From: Nemertoderma westbladi
Lineage: Eukaryota; Animalia; Xenacoelomorpha
Length of the DNA stretch: 64,000 nucleotides
Assembly (NCBI GenBank): GCA_032718475.1
Contig: JAUCBJ010007594.1
Location: forward strand, 1 to 64,000
Reading direction: 5' to 3'
Position 1 is the stretch's first letter. Every line of letters starts with the position of its first letter. The notes beneath the pieces are model-generated. The model ran no database searches. It saw nothing but the letters and a program-made list of their open reading frames with translations, and had not been told where the DNA came from. The position numbers and the translations under genes are program-made. Positions 59,278 through 64,000 of the stretch are shown in pieces.

Positions 59278-61344
59278 CTATTCCTGCGCTGAGCGGGCTC
59301 GTCTACGTCCTCTAGTGTGATTGGGTGGTGGTCGCGGTCGAACTGGGCTCGGGCTTCGGCGTCGAGTTGTCGGTGGTTCCAAAACGCTAGGAAAGGGGAC
59401 GACGGGAGTTTCGCACATCCGTTGTGCGCTCAATCCTCTAAATCCTCGTCCGATTCCAATCGTCGACTTAACATCGGATCGAGTCTCTACAACGCTGGGA
59501 GGAAGTCGAAAAGGTGGGACTATTCCGTCCGCTGACACCTCGCTCTCTGATGTCGTTTGAATCCTAATGGGTTCCGGCAAAGCGTATCCTGTCCCTCCGC
59601 GTGGTTCTCTAGCAAGGGAAACCGTGCCCCGCGTCATCCGGATTTGCGACTTCGATGTCGTCCTTTCGGCGACATTTACTACCTTCTTTATCTCTTGTCC
59701 GGCCTTTTGGGCTCTGTGTATACGAAATTGCTGATCATCCTGTGGGTGCGCTTTCGTCCTTTTGGGCTCCTCCCCGAGGCGCACCCACGAGGCGGACGTG
59801 TTTCCACCACCCCTGGGGCCAGTCCGACAGATGTTACTATCAGACCGGACCGGAGGGTGGGCTGATGCTTCCCGGGTTCTGTTTTCGGTCCCCCGATCAC
59901 ACCAGCACAGCTCGTCAAACGTGTAGCCAGATGGTCGGCTACTGTCAACTTACTGTGGCCTGACTGTACATTGAGCCAACTCAAAGTATAACAAAGATTC
60001 AACCGGCAGGTGGACCAGTCGATAGCGATCGAGCACCAAGGTCACCCTTGGGCCTAACCGACGGTCTTGTCCCAAGCGGGCTTGCGCTACCCAACATGGA
60101 ATTTTGACTCGTTTTCACCTGCCTCGCCGGCAGTATTGAAAAGACAATACTGTCTGTAGCTCATAAGCTACTGAACAAGTAACCACTTACCAGTCAGTGT
60201 ACACGTGTACTCAACAGATGTTCACAAAATCAAGTACACAAATGGTAAGCACAAAATCGAACACATACCATGCACACACAGAGACATAATCAGGTAAGAT
60301 AAAATCGGGGTCAAAATCAGAAGGGACAAATTGTATCGACAAACGGCAAAATCGAGAGTACCTTATTTTACCGACAGGGTAAAATAACTTTGTGTGCACA
60401 AAGTATGCTGGGGCGCAGTAAAATATGGTCCTACTAATACCAGCGGTGTCTGAACCAACTGGTAAGGGTTCCCATACTCACTCGCAGTGGCCACACATAC
60501 AATCACGTGTACTCACATACCTACAGCAACAGAAAGCTCAGAGACCCAGACGGCTGAACCAACCAAAAGACCAATCAGCTGAACATGGAGACAATAACAT
60601 GTAGTATCAAAAAAACGGAACAGCTGATGGCCAATGGAACCATCCAAGCCCCAAGCCAACTGCCACTGGTTGCTCACATACAAAACATAGTTCACACCAC
60701 ATGAACCACAAATCACGCCATGCCACCACCCCTACTGTGTACAGGACTGGCAGTATGGCAACAGGCCGACTAGATGGAACCACGGCACCATGTCGATTCA
60801 TGACACGAGGGCCTTCAGTATCTCCCTTGCACTTAGAGAAGGAAATTTAACGTGCCCCCAGACCCTCACAAGTCCGCCGCCGCCTGTTGCACGCACCCCT
60901 ATAGAGACCTCACCTCTTTAGGTACGCGTCCTTTGTCTCTGGATCCGCTCCTCGAGCGCGTCTATAAAGATGCATTCCTTCGAATTCGTCTCTGGCTGCA
61001 GGTAAGGGTTCGTTTACCGTCAAATATTGCAGCGTATGATATAATCGGCGTATCTCTGTGTCTGGATCCTCGCAAATGTCACTAGCGTCGCATGTCGCAT
61101 CGTAGGGATACAATGCATTGAACTCCGTGCGTAATTCCTCCGTTCTTTTGTTATAAGCGTCCATTCGCTGTCGCGTAACATTCGGGTCCACCTTGGATTT
61201 AGCGAGCTTGGCTCTACTTCTGGCCATACTCTCCACTCCAAACACACTGAAGTTTTTAGCTCCATAACGATTAAATGGTGCCTGGTGCTCTTGTTCCTGC
61301 GTAAACCCTTGACGTAACTCCTTATGCATCTTCTCCGCCATCAT
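59278..61344 (-). pseudogene. Accessory ORF of element B with the exonuclease and knuckle region missing
   Basis: The N-part (PFNRYGAKNF...LYPYDATCD..EDPDTEIRRLYHT) and C-part (IRMTRGTVSLAREPRGG) match element A. The middle (~60000-60900) is unrelated. Confidence 0.75.
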
Positions 61345-62081
61345 ATACGCATATATATGGTTACATATCGTTACGTTTCTACTAGATGAAGCAAAAAGTA
61401 GAGGTTAGATGTGAGGTGACTTAGAGTTTGTCGGCTTTTGGCTCAACTTTACTCTAAAACCCCAACCCATTTGCCTAATGACTTCGGGTTCGCGTGATTT
61501 CGCACTGGCTCCTAATCCAAAAAAATTGTGCCGATAAAAAACGAATTCTGGGTAAACTAGCCGCGAGTCTAAAATACTCACCTTTTAATTTCCCAAACTA
61601 CATTCCTAAAGAAAATAATGCAGTCGAGAATTAATTTGGTCTAAATAATAGTAGACACGACTACGTAGAACAAGGCCGGTTTTCTTTTTCCAAAAAAATT
61701 TATCGGTAGGCTCGCATGCCTTCCATCCGCTCTTGTCCTCCCCAATTTTAATTTTTATCTAGCTGTATTCTAGAATTCACATTCACTGGAGAATAATTTT
61801 TCTTAAATTCAAATCCAACTAAATGGATTTGTCTAATAATTTTTGAAAAATTGTCTCACTTGTGGGTTCCAAGTGGAATTCCATTCCTACTGTACACACA
61901 ATCCCACTCCTATGTGATACATAAGGGTACTACCCTCCATGTTCACATATAAAGACAATGGAATTCCACCGCTGTCTCTATCTACAGTGAAGAGGATTAC
62001 AAATGCACATACAGTAATACAAAATACTAAATTACTAAAATACGGTAAGTCTATGTGGCGGCCATCAAAGGTCCTACTTCT

Positions 62082-63869
62082 CTATTTACTAATATTGGGT
62101 GGAGATTTGTAGTCTCCTGTCTCGTTTCTAGTCTCCTCAAGGAGTACGAGACGTTGTACAGGCCTATCTACGGTACGTCCGTCGATAGTCCATACAGTAA
62201 CTGTCCTTATTAAACCAGATGTAGGGTGTGTGGTCAAAATGACTCCGGTCAGCCAAAACCGTCTTTTCAGATTGGCTTCAGCCAATAAAACGTGGTCACC
62301 ACGTCTCAAACATCGGGTATTAAGATACCAAGAGGTTCTGGATGAAATAGAGGGCAAATAGTGTTTCTGCCATATTTCCCAGAATTTATTTGCTAATAGC
62401 TGAGTGATTTTCAAGCCTTGTTGCCGTATCCGCCGCTATCAACGGGTATCGAAATGGGCAACAATGTCGTCAGCGGCTGCATAAGCAGGTGCGCTGGTGT
62501 CAAGGCAAACTGTACGTCATTATTGTCTGGGATCAAAGCGATCGGTCTAGTGTTCAAAGTTGCTTCGATTTCTATTAGTAACGTCGTCAGTTGGTCGTCT
62601 GTTAAGATGTGTTGCGTCAGTATTACTTTAGCCATAGCTGTCTTAATTGAGCCAATCAGCCTTTCCCAAACACCGCCTCTCCACGGACTGTCCGGAGTAT
62701 TAAAATTCCAAACAATACGGTGAGGACTTAGTTCCTCGGAAATCTGGTTTTGGTCCAACTTCCTTAAAGCTCTGGTTATTTCGTTCCGTGCACCCACAAA
62801 GTTTGTCCCTTGGTCGCAATAAATGGATTTGACCAATCCACGTCTAGCGATAAATCACCGTAAGGCTAGAATAAAGGCATTGGTGGTTAAATCTGTCACA
62901 CGCTCTATATGGACAGCTCTGCTGGCCATGCAAGTGAAGATTAATCCCCAACGTTTTATCTGTACCCTTCCGCGTTTCGTGATTATGGGTCCAAAACAGT
63001 CTATCCCTGTCTCAGTGAAAAGGGGTCTAAACGCCTGCAATCTCGCTAATGGTAGTTCACTCATTTCTTGGTGTCCTATCCTCACGTGCACCTTCTTACA
63101 AATCATACAGTTCCGTGTTACCGATCTCAGTGCCTTGCTAGGCCTAATCAGTACAAACCTCGATCGCAAATGTGACATACAGTGATGTCTACCCACGTGT
63201 TTGAGTTGTACATGTGCGTCCAGTATCATAGTGCGCTGTAACTCATGGTGTTGCGGTATGATGATAGGATACCTAAAGTCAAGTGCAAAGTCGATGTTCT
63301 GGAGTCTGGACTTGTGACAAAGTAAGCCCCGATAAATAATCGGACTCCAACTCAAAAGACTTGATCTGTTTACCTTGGTTGATCGCTGTGAATTCTCGTG
63401 CGAAATATCGCAATTGATAATGGCAAATGATATCAACTTCACAATGACCAACTTCCTCTAAGGTAAGTCTTCTAGGAAAGTCGCGTTTGCCTCTGGCATA
63501 TTGTCTCAAACGTTTGAGCCATGCTAACTTGCGGCACGCGTCAGTCCATGATCTAGTTAGGTTTACTATCTGGTCAACGTAAGTGTTAGTGACGTCATCA
63601 GGTAAGGTATAGTCGTAGTGTGGATACTTGTCTGGACTTGGTAGGCCCACGGGCCTTCCGGTAGGTTTGTCTGAGTCCCCAAATATGTCAATCTCCACGG
63701 TCTTACCTTTACCGTCCGCTCCTAGTGAGTCGACTGGCAGTAACGGTTTCAACTCTACAGTGTTAGTGTGTTCCTGTGAGCCTGTAAGCTTCCTAACCTT
63801 AGTTACACGTTTACCTGTAGGTGGTAAGTCAAGTACTTTCTTTGAGCGGAGTGTGATAGCTGTGGCCAC
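62082..63869 (-). pseudogene. BEL/Pao pol (zinc finger, integrase, tail) of element B, frameshifted
   Basis: HVG..C..C, TGIDCFGP, CDQGTNF, GGVWERLI and RPVQRLVLLE spread across four ORF pieces. Confidence 0.93.
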
Positions 63870-64000
63870 ACCTTTGTCGTCTCGTCCAAAGAAGTCAAAT
63901 TCGGTAAATTTCTAAATGTCCGCTCCAATGGGTCTTCTACTGGAGTGTCTAGTAGACAGTCTGGTGAAACGTCCGGTGAACAGTCTGGTGAGACGTCTGG

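Larger units (their letters stand above)
56425..64000 (-). mobile_element. BEL/Pao retrotransposon B (relative of A), running off the window
   Basis: Same order as A: pol, conserved intergenic region, accessory ORF, hairpin plus GGAGCGG, then a ~2.2-kb LTR (about 58630-56425). The left boundary is inferred from TGTTG. Confidence 0.8.

Overview
Repeat-rich, AT-rich eukaryotic (most likely invertebrate animal) DNA; nothing here looks prokaryotic. A + strand host gene crosses the window as four small exons: an F-type lectin domain split over two exons and two calcium-binding EGF exons. Its introns are packed with nested transposons: BEL/Pao LTR elements, RTE- and L2/CR1-type LINE remnants, a Gypsy fragment, piggyBac (one decayed transposase plus several TTAA MITEs), a Merlin derivative, a Sola-like element and a 4.4-copy tandem array of a ~2.9-kb unit. 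Three signals stand out. (1) A BEL/Pao family carries a second large gene after pol, encoding a DEDDy (WRN/EXD1/Mut-7-like) 3'-5' exonuclease plus CCHC knuckles, with its own spliced leader, conserved hairpins, ~2-kb LTRs and a Pol III A/B-box cassette in the LTR. (2) A 412-bp tandem unit has a tRNA-type head fused to a minimal type I hammerhead ribozyme, i.e. a retrozyme-like element. (3) Insertions are nested five deep inside one ~38-kb intron. All family assignments are by eye from motifs; no database searches were run, so novelty is unverified.
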